Made by a program: the position numbers and the translations under genes
Shown: positions 49,699-62,160 of the stretch, one piece after another
Numbering within the stretch: position 1 is the first letter of the stretch
How the letters are laid out: every line of letters starts with the position of its first letter
Assembly: GCA_002269645.1 (NCBI GenBank)
Contig: NIVC01003775.1
Coordinates: 1 to 64,000, forward strand
Direction of reading: 5' to 3'
From: Macrostomum lignano
Lineage: Eukaryota
Length of the DNA stretch: 64,000 nucleotides
The notes under the pieces: model-generated
Database searches by the model: none
Told to the model about the DNA's origin: nothing
The model's input: only the letters and a program-made list of their open reading frames with translations

Positions 49699-51104
49699 GC
49701 ATGAACTCGGCCCAGTCCTACAACGACTTGGACCTTCTGTTCGGCGTTGACCTCAGCGCTCCGGACACCGTGGACAGAATCAAACTGTCCGTGCTGGACT
49801 GTCTTCATTCGTTTCTCCCCAGCGGCTCCGAGGAAATCCTGAAGCGCCGGCACTGCTCCGGCCCAGCCTGGGGCCGCTCAGACTCCAACATGATGGAGGG
49901 CTACGTGAGGAAGCTGGTGCGCATTCAGAGCACAGACAGCTGGTCGCTGATCAGCCTGGGCTACGCCAACTCCAGCCAGCCCGAGGGCCTCACCGTCGAG
50001 TTGAAATTCGTCGACAAGATGCGTCGCAAGTTCGAGTTCACGGTGGACAGCTTCCAGATCATCCTGGACTCGCTGTGCACCTTCTACAGCGTGAAGTCCG
50101 AGGAGCCACCAGCAATCAGCGAGCACTTCTACCCCACCGTCATTGCCGAATCCGTGAGCGGCAGCTTCGTGGAAGCCTACGGCCACCTCATGAAGAAGGA
50201 GATCAGCACGAGAAATCCGGAGGAGATTCGCGGTGGCGGCCTGCTGAAGTACTGCAAACTGCTGGTGGACGGCTTCCTGCCCGCCCAGGGTGTCGACGTT
50301 GTCAATCTGGAGAAGTACATGTGCTCCAGATTCTTCATCGACTTTCCGGACTTGAAGAAACAGCGCGCCAAGATGGAGTCGTACCTGGCGGCGCACTTTC
50401 CATCTGACAGGGACCTGGAGCAGCGGGTGCACTACCTGCAGATCCTCCACCAGGTTGTGAAGAGCTCAACAGTCTGTCTTATGCAGCAGGAGCGCCGATC
50501 CACCCTGTACCTCATCTCCGACATGATCGGCGAGATTTACATCGACATCGAGGCCAGAAATCACGTGATCGCTTTGGAACCGTTCAACTCCACAGACTGG
50601 GTGCTCGACCAGGTGTTCTACGGTACGCAGTACTTTCCAACCCACCTGACTCCGGTTGGATCGCCGCACGCTGCAGCCGCCGCGGCAGCCGCAGCCGCAG
50701 CCGAAGTTGGTGCAGCCGACTACTACGGCACGCCCGTGTACAGCGACGGCACCGGCCGGTTCTACAGCTGCATCTTGTCAACCAGCCAAGGACATTGTTC
50801 CGCCCTCCCGGCCGGTCATTTTCTGTCAACCGGAGGCGATCCGAGGCTTCAGCAGCAGCAACAACAACAGGCGATGATGCCGCAGTCGTCATACTTTGCA
50901 ATGCCGGCGCTGAGCCTGTCAGAGTCGGTCAGCAGCGGCTGCAGCAGCGGCGGCGGCTCCGAAAGTCAGCAGTCCTCAAATGCCTCCTCCGCGGTGGAGT
51001 TCCTCATGGAATTTCCGCAGCCGCAGAAGCAGGTGCAGATTCAGACACAGCAACAGCAACTGCCAGCCATCACAGTCACTAGCGACAGCGGTAGCAGTGA
51101 CTGA
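49699..51104 (+). CDS. TENT5: TENT5/FAM46 exon 2
   Basis: Acceptor ctgcgcag|GC ATG. Motifs YNDLDL, VELKFVDKMRRKFEFTVDSFQI, EEIRGGGLLKYC, YMCSRFFIDF, STVCLMQQERR. Total 588 aa. Confidence 0.96.
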
Positions 51105-53159
51105 CTGAATCGGATCTACTAGCAGCAGATAGAATCGAACGAACTTGATTTAGAACCGCTTCCATGTGGCTGAAATTGCCAGTCGCGTTCGGAATTTCGC
51201 ATGGTATTTTAATTTAAAATCTGCTGAGCATGCGCCTCATCTGCAAAATTGAGCTGCGGGTCTCTCGCGGGCCTGTGCAGCGGCTGTCGTGTTTTTGTCA
51301 TGCAATTATTTTCGCCTCTAATTATCTACAGGACTATATTGAAATTTTGCCTGTCAAAACAAAAAAAAATTAAAACGCGTCGTGGTATCCGTGATGTGCA
51401 CTTCTTTAGCTCCTATATGCCATCATTTTTCCGCATTTTTAACAAAAAATTAACAAAAAGCAGAGAAAAGTTTATGCGAATAACAGGGTAATTCTGCCGA
51501 TGTAGAGAGTTCGATTTTCAGGTGTTTTTTCACCTTATTTGATTGCTATTTTGATCGGCAATAGACTGATATATTTATTGTTAATTGTTGTTAATACGTG
51601 AGCATTGTATACTGATAGCTTAGCCAATGATTAATCAGTTGTCATTCTCAACAAAAAGACCGGTTCAAATAATTTGCGCAGTTTCTGGATCCGCTTGCAG
51701 TGTGGAAATCTGCTTTGTATACTCATAGCTTTCTCACATGTTGTGCTTCGTGTGTCAAATCTCTCCAAAGCATTATATTAATTGTTTTTCTGTCTATGGT
51801 AATTTAGATTCCTGTTTAACCCAGAGATATCGATATGTTATATTTGTGATAAACCTGCCAGTGAGTCTTCTGTCTACCCTTTTGTCTACTCCTCTACCCG
51901 ATATAATCAAACCGAACTCACACCTGTCCGCCTGTGAATATTATTTATAGAAATTACTCGATAAAAAAGTCGCTATTTTTGCTAAATGTTTTTTTCGTCT
52001 CCAATTTTCAAAACATTTTTAACTCGATAGTAGAGAGCTGCAACCCCCTGTTTATCCTGCGTGTCTCTCAGTGTTTTACAGCGCGCTTTAATTTTCATTA
52101 TTTATTTGACGTCTCGTCCTGTGATAACCAGACCAATTTTAGCTATATTTTTCGATAGCAACAAATCTAATACTAATGTACGAGCGTAACTGCCTTCCTC
52201 TCTGACCCAGAGTTCCCCGGGAGATCTTGGGAGTGCGTTCGGGTGCAAGCGCACTGATTGCAGACCGAACAGAGGGGAGCCGTTCGCTCAGGTGCAAAAA
52301 GACATTGCCTTGCTTCAGAAGAGGACCCCCCTTGGTGTTCCTCTTGGCCACGCCCGCCCTTTAGCTACTTACCTGCGCTCACAGAGTTAATCCCAGAAAA
52401 TATTCAATTAGATTCAGTTTTATCAATTCCACAGTTTTGCCATGCAAACGGTCGGTGTTGTTAATTAATTAATTATTCCAAAAACTGGAATTCAAAATTA
52501 TATAACCAATGCGTTTAACTTGGATGTCAATGTTTTTTGTGTCTTTGGTGGCCTAATTTATGCAAATCACATTATATATTGATATATAGTGTACAAAATA
52601 ATATATACGCGTTACCTGTGTAAATCGTAAACCCAACACTTGAATTTCATTGTCTGTAAGTCTGTGTATTATCGGTTGTTTAAACAAAACTCGTTATTTA
52701 TTAAATAAATGCATATGCTAACAGACACCAACCATGTCCCAGCTACTCCGCTGTGCTGTGCATCTCGTTTGTCTTCGTTATAACAAGAAAAATTGTCGGA
52801 GTGAAAAGCAAAATTTTGTGTCTTTATTAATCTTTTGTTTGCCCCAAACCATCTCATGGGACAGCTGCCAGATCTATGGAGATGGCTCCGTCATCATCCT
52901 TCCAGCAGCGTTTTGTTAAAAAAGTACGGATTTTAGTGATGAACAGCGTCACTGTTTGTCATTCTCTCTTTCCGCCTCTGCACCTTGTATCCTCCATTTA
53001 CATGTAGTATCTTGCTTTTGGACTTAACACACTTGGACTTCATAAGCTCTTGCTAAGTTAGCAAGCAGAGGCAAACGGTTTGACATTGTGCAGTTCCGAG
53101 CTCATAAATTATTAAGCTTGTGAAGTGAAGATTTTAGGCTTGTGAAGCTTCCAACTATG

Positions 53160-53355
53160 CAACTTGTGGATTATCAATATTGTGGATTATCGAGCTTGTG
53201 GATTATCGAGCTTGTGGATTATCGAGCTTGTGGATTATCGAGCTTTTGGATTATCGAGCTTGTGGATTATCGAGCCTGTGGATTATCGAGCTTGTGGATT
53301 ATCGAGCTTGTGGATTATCGAGCTTGTGGATTATCGAGGATTATCGAACTTGTGG
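53160..53355. repeat. 16-bp minisatellite (GTGGATTATCGAGCTT)
   Basis: About 11 units. Confidence 0.93.
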
Positions 53356-53939
53356 GACAGGTACCAGTTAGTTTGAGCTGCGCAGCATAAACGTAACAAG
53401 ATAATTTTATTACAAAAAATTGAAGTTGATGGTTATAAAATTGCCCCTACGGAGGATCGGGAGAGCCGTCAAATATTGGGGCCTGGAGAAACACCTGGGT
53501 GTGAACAGGTGGCATAATTAACAAAAAAATCAAACCTAATCAGAAATGTAAATGTAATTAAATGTAAAATACGAGCGACTTCAGAATCCAAAATAACGAA
53601 GTTAGATCACAGTTTCGAGTCGAGATCGGTTCAGGTGTTTGTGAGCGGCTTCAGACTCTTCGAATAATTAATTGCAGTGCCGCTGCGCTCTCCGGTTCGA
53701 CTGGAGCAGGCCGATCGCACAATGTCCCGGCTGTGAAATCAATTATTTAGACAATATTGAATTCTGGACAATAACAGAATACTTTCAAGCGCAATTCTGG
53801 CATTGAAACAGCGGAAGGATGTCCGGTTGTGGGGTTTCGGACACCCTGGGAAATTATTGGACACTTGGGTGGGGATAAGGGGAGGACGGACAGGGGTATC
53901 TGGGGGTATTGGTGAAATGAAAAGTGGAAAATTGAATTA

Positions 53940-54280
53940 AGAAATGAGACACCTGGGCGAATAGGGAACACAGGGGAATTGAGACACCTGGGCGAACAGG
54001 GAACACAGGGGAATTGAGACACCTGGGCGAACAGGGAACGCAAGGGAATTGAGACACCTGGGCGAACAGGGAACACAGGGGAATTGAGACACCTGGGCGA
54101 ACAGGGAACACAGGGGAATTGAGACACCTGGGCGAATAGGGAACACATGGGAATTGAGACACCTGGGCGAAAAGGGAACACAGGGGAATTGAGACACCTG
54201 GGCGAACAGGGAACACAGGGGAATTGAGACACCTGGGCGAATAGGGAACGCAGGGGAATTGAGACACCTGGAGGAACAGG
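53940..54280. repeat. 35-bp minisatellite (GAGACACCTGGGCGAACAGGGAACACAGGGGAATT)
   Basis: About 10 units. Confidence 0.95.
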
Positions 54281-54704
54281 GATCAAAATTATACACACAG
54301 CTAAATATATGCTTTACTAAGATTGCTACAAGGTCCGGGCCTTGGTCCGGGCCCTGAGATAATTACGGGATTCCGCAATGGGCGGGGCGGAAGCTGCTCC
54401 GTGATAAATGATTTTCAAATCCCTCCCAAGCGAGACTGCCAGGGCACGGAGGTTCGAGTCTGAATGCCCCTCATTTCCTGTCGCCCCGCCGCTGAGTAGC
54501 AATATTCGGGCTGAGTCTCACTCAAATCACCATTTCTAATAATAGCAACGCAAATTGAATTGAAAATCTGCCAAAGCTTCCCCGCGAAACTGCTTTAGCC
54601 TTTGGGAAATCATGCTTTGTAGATTATTTTGCTTTCACTGCGCCTGTTGCTGATTTTGTTTTGAGCAAATTTCTCGATACTGTTCTCTACAGTGTCTAAC
54701 ACAT

Positions 54705-54803
54705 TTCCTCTCCCTTTCCCTACCTCTCTACTCTCTCTTCCCTCCCTCTACTCTCCCTCTCTCTCTACTCTCTCTGCCCTCCCTCTACTCTCTCTCCCCA
54801 CCG

Positions 54804-54872
<69 letters not shown>

Positions 54873-55050
54873 CGACTCTACTCTCCCTTTCTCCACCCTC
54901 TACTCTCATTCCCTCGATCCCTCTACTATCCCTTTCCCCACCCTCCACTATCTCTGTCCACACCCCTCTACTCTCCCTTTCTCCACCCTCTACTCCCCCT
55001 CTCCCCACCTCTCTACTCTCTCCCCCACCTCTCTACTCTCCCTTTTCACT
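54705..55050. repeat. CT-rich tract including (CT)n
   Basis: ctctactctccc modules. Confidence 0.85.
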
Positions 55051-55521
55051 GTGATTGAACCCAAGCAATCACAGAGAGATCAGTTCCGCTCCCCAGTTCA
55101 CTCTTGCATTAAATTTCCGGTGCAATCTGAGACCAAAAGACAAAAGCAAATCCGCTACAAGCCTGCCCCCAAAGCGCAAAATTAATTTTGCTAGTTGAAG
55201 CTTGCAGAGCAGTCTAGAAGTGGTGGTCTGGACTGAGCAAGGAGGCCTGGCACCACCGCAGTACACAATCAGGAAGTGGATCAGGTGAATTCAAACATAA
55301 AAGTGAGTATATTTAAGTAGACCTGTCTATAGATTTCATACATAACGACTCTGAAAACGCATCGATAATATTTCGCGAGGCACTGGAGTACGGCAATGAA
55401 AATATTCTACTTAAAAACACGAAAATATTATATTGCGTTTACCCATTATTCAACTAACATGCACACTAGTCTACTTATAACTGCCAGTAAGTAGACAGTA
55501 TAGCATATGAATTGCACTCAC

Positions 55522-55636
55522 CAGATTAGCACCAATGCAGCGCATGCGGTGGCTACAAACAGAACCACAGCTGCTCCCATCGGGATGGTCCACAGGGCGA
55601 GAACTGCCTCACTGTGGGCCTGATTGCTGGCGGCAC
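55522..55636 (-). CDS. Candidate exon encoding a transmembrane helix
   Basis: Acceptor caagcag|GT GCC; encodes AASNQAHSEAVLALWTIPMGAAVVLFVATACAALVLI; GTGAGT donor. Confidence 0.5.
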
Positions 55637-55684
55637 CTGCTTGACAGCACGTGGGGGGGGGTTAAACACCTGCGTGGGATGGGA

Positions 55685-56465
55685 GAACAGGGAACACTGG
55701 GGGAATTTAGACACCTGGTGGCCAAACAGGGAACACAAGGGAATTGAGACACCTGGGCAAACAGGGAACACAAGGGAATTGAGACACCTGGGCAAACAGG
55801 GAACACAAGGGAATGGAGACACCTGGGCAAACAGGGAACACAAGGGAATTGAGACACCTGGGCAAACAGGGAACACAGGGGAATGGAGACACCTGGGCAA
55901 ACAGGGAACACAAGGGAATGGAGACACCTGGGCAAACAGGGAACACAGGGGAATTGAGACACCTGGGCAAACAGGGAACACAGGGGAATTGAGACACCTG
56001 GGCAAACAGGGAACACAAGGGAATTGAGACACCTGGGCAAACAGGGAACACAGGGGAATGGAGACACCTGGGCAAACAGGGAACACAGGGGAATCGAGAC
56101 ACCTGGGCAAACTGGCAAACTGAGAACACAGGGGAATGGAGACACCTGGGCAAACAGGGAACACATGGGAATTGAGACACCTGGGCAAACAGGGAACACA
56201 GGGGAATCGAGACACCTGGGCAACCTGAGAACACAAGGGAATCGAGACACCTGGGCAAACAGGGAACACAGGGGAATCGAGACACCTGGGCAACCTGAGA
56301 ACACAAGGGAATTGAGACACCTGGGCAAACAGGGAACACAGGGGAATTGAGACACCTGGGCAAACAGGGGAACACAGGGGAATCGAGACACCTGGGCAAA
56401 CAGGGAACACAGGGGAATCGAGACACCTGGGCAAACAGGGAACACAAGGGAATCGAGACACCTAG
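55685..56465. repeat. 35-bp minisatellite (GAGACACCTGGGCAAACAGGGAACACAGGGGAATT), sibling of the 53.9-kb array
   Basis: About 22 units filling the putative intron 55637-56491. Confidence 0.96.
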
Positions 56466-56491
56466 AACAGCTAAAAGATGCAATATCCTAC

Positions 56492-56681
56492 CTTGAGCAG
56501 AAGACCTCTGTCCACCAAAATATTGCTCCATCACATGAGCTTTGATTTTTGTTCGAACAGTAGAAATAATTTTCCCAGTGGAAAGAAAGTCAGCTTCGAG
56601 CGTGCCAGGCAGTTTCCCGCTCTCATAACGCAGCCCCACAGTGCACAGATGCAGTACAAGAATTACGGAATTAGTTGCAGC
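56492..56681 (-). CDS. Candidate exon upstream of the TM exon
   Basis: Acceptor ctcctatag|AATNSVILVLHL..GQRSSAQ G|gtagga. Its phase 1 end matches the TM exon. Confidence 0.45.
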
Positions 56682-56949
56682 CTATAGGAGGGACAAACAG
56701 AAAATCTTGCCAATCAAAATTCACAAGGCAGCTGTTCCATAGCTGGGGATTGTGTAGAGTTAGTGAGGATTTCCTTGTCTGCTTGCATAGCATATTGAGC
56801 GATGTGCAGAGAATGTCAAGCCTATTCTTTCGAGGCGTCGCTATACATGTACATGTATATATTAGGAAATGTAAATTGCATTTGAGCAATGGAGCTCTTT
56901 CAGATAAGGGTGGTGAATCTATGAAAGGAGTTGAGAGCGATTATAGTAG

Positions 56950-59340
56950 ACGGGGTGAGAGTAAGATTGAGACTGATGGAGGGGTGAGAGTGAGATTGAG
57001 ACTGATGGAAGGGTGAGAGTGAGATTGAGACTGATGGAGGGGTGAGAGTGAGATTGAGACTGATGGAGGGGTGAGAGTGAGATTGAGACTGATGGAGGGG
57101 TGAGAGTGAGATTGAGACTGGTGGAGGGGTGAGAGTGAGATTGAGACTGGTAGAGGGGTGAGAGTGAGATTGAGACTGGTGGAGGGGTGAGAGTGAGATT
57201 GAGACTGATGGAGGGGCGAGAGTGAGATTGAGACTGGTGGAAGGGTGAGAGTGAGATTGAGACTGGTGGAAGGGTGAGAGTGAGATTGAGACTGGTGGAG
57301 GGGTGAGAGTGAGATTGAGACTGGTGGAGGGGTGAGAGTGAGATTGAGACTGATGGAGGGGCGAGAGTGAGATTGAGACTGATGGAGGGGTGAGAGTGAG
57401 ATTGAGACTGGTGGAGGGGTGAGAGTGAGATTGAGACTGATGGAGGGGTGAGAGTGAGATTGAGACTGATGGAGGGGTGAGAGTGAGATTGAGACTGATG
57501 GAGGGGTGAGAGTGAGATTGAGACTGGTGGAGGGGTGAGAGTGAGATTGAGACTGGTGGAGGGGTGAGAGTGAGATTGAGACTGATGGAGGGGCGAGAGT
57601 GAGATTGAGACTGGTGGAAGGGTGAGAGTGAGATTGAGACTGGTGGAAGGGTGAGAGTGAGATTGAGACTGGTGGAGGGGTGAGAGTGAGATTGAGACTG
57701 GTGGAGGGGTGAGAGTGAGATTGAGACTGATGGAGGGGCGAGAGTGAGATTGAGACTGATGGAGGGGTGAGAGTGAGATTGAGACTGGTGGAGGGGTGAG
57801 AGTGAGATTGAGACTGATGGAGGGGTGAGAGTGAGATTGAGACTGGTGGAGGGGTGAGAGTAAGATTGAGACTGATGGAGGGGTGAGAGTGAGATTGAGA
57901 CTGATGGAGGGGTGAGAGTGAGATTGAGACTGATGGAGGGGTGAGAGTGAGATTGAGACTGGTGGAGGGGTGAGAGTGAGATTGAGACTGGTGGAGGGGT
58001 GAGAGTGAGATTGAGACTGATGGAGGGGCGAGAGTGAGATTGAGACTGGTGGAAGGGTGAGAGTGAGATTGAGACTGGTGGAAGGGTGAGAGTGAGATTG
58101 AGACTGGTGGAGGGGTGAGAGTGAGATTGAGACTGGTGGAGGGGTGAGAGTGAGATTGAGACTGATGGAGGGGCGAGAGTGAGATTGAGACTGATGGAGG
58201 GGTGAGAGTGAGATTGAGACTGGTGGAGGGGTGAGAGTGAGATTGAGACTGATGGAGGGGTGAGAGTGAGATTGAGACTGGTGGAGGGGTGAGAGTAAGA
58301 TTGAGACTGATGGAGGGGTGAGAGTGAGATTGAGACTGATGGAGGGGTGAGAGTGAGATTGAGACTGATGGAGGGGTGAGAGTGAGATTGAGACTGGTGG
58401 AGGGGTGAGAGTGAGATTGAGACTGATAGAGGGGTGAGAGTGAGATTGAGACTGATGGAGGGGTGAGAGTGAGATTGAGACTGGTGGAGGGGTGAGAGTG
58501 AGATTGAGACTGGTGGAAGGGTGAGAGTGAGATTGAGACTGGTGGAGGGGTGAGAGTGAGATTGAGACTGGTGGAGGGGTGAGAGTGAGATTGAGACTGG
58601 TGGAGGGGTGAGAGTGAGATTGAGACTGGTGGAGGGGTGAGAGTGAGATTGAGACTGGTGGAGGGGTGAGAGTGAGATTGAGACTGGTGGAGGGGTGAGA
58701 GTGAGATTGAGACTGGTGGAGGGGTGAGAGTGAGATTGAGACTGGTGGAGGGGTGAGAGTGAGATTGAGACTGGTGGAGGGGTGAGAGTGAGATTGAGAC
58801 TGGTGGAAGGGTGAGAGTGAGATTGAGACTGGTGGAGGGGTGAGAGTGAGATTGAGACTGGTGGAGGGGTGAGAGTGAGATTGAGACTGGTGGAGGGGTG
58901 AGAGTGAGATTGAGACTGGTGGAGGGGTGAGAGTGAGATTGAGACTGGTGGAGGGGTGAGAGTGAGATTGAGACTGGTGGAGGGGTGAGAGTGAGATTGA
59001 GACTGATAGAGGGGCGAGAGTGAGATTGAGACTGATGGAGGGGCGAGAGTGAGATTGAGTCAAAGAAAAAGGTGAGATTAAGTCGGTGATAAAAGGTGAG
59101 ATTGAGTCGATGATAAAAGGTGAGATTGAGGGGATCATAAAAGGTGAGATTGAGGGGATCATAAAAGGTGAGATTGAGTGGATCATAAAAGGTAAGATTG
59201 AGTGGATCATAAAAGGTGAGATTGATTGGATCATGAAAGGTGAGATTGAGTGGATCATAAAAGGTGAGATTGAGTGGATCATAAAAAGTGAGATTGAGTG
59301 GATCATAAAAAGTGAGATTGAGTGGATCATAAAAGGTGTA
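56950..59340 (+). repeat. 29-bp minisatellite (GAGTGAGATTGAGACTGGTGGAGGGGTGA), about 72 copies, grading at ~59060 into a 24-bp array (AAAAGGTGAGATTGAGTGGATCAT)
   Basis: Periods read directly. Both units share GTGAGATTGAG. Confidence 0.97.
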
Positions 59341-60114
59341 GCAGTGAAGCTGCAGGTTAAAAAGAGATTACATAAGAGGCGGCTCCTTGAAGAGTGACTG
59401 ACACAAGTCGTTTCCCAGGAGACGATGGTGAGACGTGAGTGCATGTTGAGAGAGCAAAGCAATATTGCAGTTAAATGCAGACTAATTTCCCAAAAGCAAA
59501 CAGCGTGTGAGAGTGTGAACGAGAGAGTGAAAATTGCTTTTCACAAAAGAAGTAGCTCGTAACAAGCAATAGAAAACCAACCCAGAGGCTAAAAAAGGGA
59601 TTGGAGAAACACTTGGCAGATCGGGCAGTCATTCATCAAATTCATGCAGCCTTTGACTTCAGCAATTGAAGGGCAGCGTATAACCGCGCTGGCAAACCGC
59701 CTCGCTTTTCTACTGGCTTGAGGATCAAAGGAAATGCGTAATTAGAAACCAGCGAACACACATGTGGTGCACAGCTAGCGTAATAGCCTCTCTACAATGG
59801 GAATTGAAGCAGCCAGTATACGAACTATCTTCTAATTACGAGCGTACTTTAGTAGATAAATTAATTATAAAGATTAGAAACGAGAAAAGTAACTTTATTG
59901 CTAATATTAGCAATTAATTAGTCAATGCAACAACATCGCATAAAAAAGTTATATTATTTGTACATATTCCAGCTGCTACTTATGGAGACTACTAACAGTA
60001 GGCTTGCATGCAATTTACTTTAGAAAGTACAAAAAGAAGATTAAAGGAACAAATATTATACAATAGTATTAACAAGGTGATACTTAAATTTTATTAATAG
60101 GACGTTTCTCTCCA

Positions 60115-60895
60115 GGTGGACTATCGGGGCGATTCTCTCTCAGTGGATTATCGGGGCGATTCTCCCACAATGGATTATCGAGGCGATTATCTCAGAGTGG
60201 ATTATCGGGGCGATTATCTCACAGTGGATTATCGGGGCGATTCTCTCTCAGTGGATTATCGGGGCGATTCTCCCACAATGGATTATCGAGGCGATTATCT
60301 CAGAGTGGATTATCGGGGCGATTATCTCACAGTGGATTATCGGGCCGATTCACACACAGTGGATTATCGGGGCGATTCTCCCACAATGGATTATCGGGGC
60401 TATTCTCTCTCAGTGGATTATCGGGGCGATTCTCTCACAGTGGACTATCGGGCGATTCTCTCTCGGTGGATTATCGGGGCGATTCTCTTTCAGTGGATTA
60501 TCGGGGCGATTCTCTCAGTGGATTATCGGGACGATTCTCCCACAATGGATTATCGGGGCGATTCTCTCTCAGTGGATTATAGGGGCGATTCTCCCACAAT
60601 GGATTATCGAGGCGATTCTCTTTCAGTGGATTATCGAAGCGAGTCCCTTACAGTGGATTATCGGGGACGGGGAGATTCTCTCACAGTGGACTATCTGGGC
60701 GATTCTCTTTCAGTGGATTATCGGGGCGATTATCTCACAGTGGATTATCGGGCGATTATCTCACAGTGGATTATCGGGGCGATAATCTCACAGTGGATTA
60801 TCGAGGCGATTCTCTTTCAGTGGATTATCGGGGCGAGTCCCTTACAGTGGATTATCGGGGCGATTATCTCACAGTGGATTATCGGGGCGATTCTC
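60115..60895. repeat. 27-bp minisatellite (GTGGATTATCGGGGCGATTCTCTCACA)
   Basis: About 29 units, starting about 40 bp after the MED23 stop. Confidence 0.95.
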
Positions 60896-60937
60896 CCTAA
60901 GTCACCGGGAGCCAGTCTTCAGACTGAGCTTTCAGAC

Positions 60938-61288
60938 TCAGTTTTCAGACTGAGCGGGAAAGTTGGGCGCATCGGCCGGTCCGTCAGGCTGGTGACCCGG
61001 CGCGATGGACCGTAGTCGGCTCTGCATGGACGGGCTCAACCGCTCGATGACACTGGAGGCGACTCGACGAACCCCGTCGCCGACAAACATGTACTTGATG
61101 TGATAGAAATAGTCAGCTAGGGCGTCCTGGTGCTCAAGACGGCCGGAGCAGGCGGCGTCCACCTCAGCCAGACAGTGGTAGAGCTCGGCCACCAGCTCGT
61201 TCTGCACCGAGTTGCAGGCCCGGAGCAGATCGGCGAATAGGGGGCCGATGAGGTGGCAGGACAGCAGCAGCTGGGCCTCGCAGCGGAC
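60938..61288 (-). CDS. MED23: Mediator subunit 23, last coding exon
   Basis: VRCEAQLLLSCHLIGPLF..LYHCLAEVD..HQDALADYFYHIKYMFVGDGVR..VIERLSPSMQSRLRSI aligns with the MED23 C-terminus as remembered (TEFQLLYVYHLVGPFL..DFLYHMKYMFTGDSVK..LKLRLRFI). Acceptor cccgcag, phase 0. Confidence 0.9.
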   Translation of the reverse strand, partial: VRCEAQLLLSCHLIGPLFADLLRACNSVQNELVAELYHCLAEVDAACSGRLEHQDALADYFYHIKYMFVGDGVRRVASSVIERLSPSMQSRLRSIAPGHQPDGPADAPNFPAQSEN

Positions 61289-61354
61289 CTGCGGGTTTTT
61301 TGGTTGGAGATTGATGGCAGGTGAATATGGGATTGTGGGATTATTGGGGTATGG

Positions 61355-62160
61355 GATATGGGATTCTGAGGGTATGGAATCTGGGATTTTGAGGTTATAG
61401 GATTCTTGGAGTACGGGATCTGGGATTCTGAGGTTATAGGAATCTTTGAGTACGGGATCTGGGATTCTGAGGTTATAGGAATCTTTGAGTACGGGATCTG
61501 GGATTCTGAGGGTATGGGATTCCTGGGGTACGGGATCTGGGATTCTGAGGGTATGGGATTCCTGGGGTACGGGATCTGGGATTCTGAGGGTATGGGATTC
61601 CTAGGGTACGGGATCTGGGATTCTGAGGGTATGGGATTCTTGGGGTACGGGATCTGGGATTCTGAGGGTCTGGGATTCCTGGGGTATGGAATCTGGGATT
61701 CTGAGGTTATGGGATTCTTGGGGTACAGGATCTGGGATTTTGAGGGTATGTGATTTTTGGGGTACGGGATCTGGGATTCTGAGGGTATGGGATTCTTGGG
61801 TACGGGATCTGGGATTCTGAGGGTATGGGATTCCAGGGGTACGGGATCTGGGATTCTGAGGGTATGGGATTCCTAGGGTACGGGATCTGGGATTCTGAGG
61901 GTATGGGATTCTTGGGGTACGGGATCTGGGATTCTGAGGGTATGGGATTCCTGGGGTACAGGATCTGGGATTCTGAGGGTCTGGGATTCTTGGGGTATGG
62001 AATCTGGGATTCTGAGGTTATGGGATTCTTGGGGTACAGGATCTGGGATTTTGAGGGTATGGGATTTTGGGGTACGAGATCTGGGATTCTGAGGGTATGG
62101 GATTCTTGGGGTACGGGATCTGGGATTCTGAGGGTATGGGATTCTTAGGGTACGGGGTTT
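61355..62160. repeat. 39-bp minisatellite (GGGGTACGGGATCTGGGATTCTGAGGGTATGGGATTCCT) in a MED23 intron
   Basis: About 20 units with the GGGATCTGGGAT core. Confidence 0.96.

Noticed and set aside
54430-54475. tRNA-like GGTTCGAGTC B-box (also at ~3575 and 24268)
   Set aside because: No T-stem pairing or cloverleaf. The 24268 match is inside ACP7 coding sequence.
56919-59462. 847-aa ORF
   Set aside because: Product of the 29-bp repeat (87-nt period) lacking stops. No real start context or domain.
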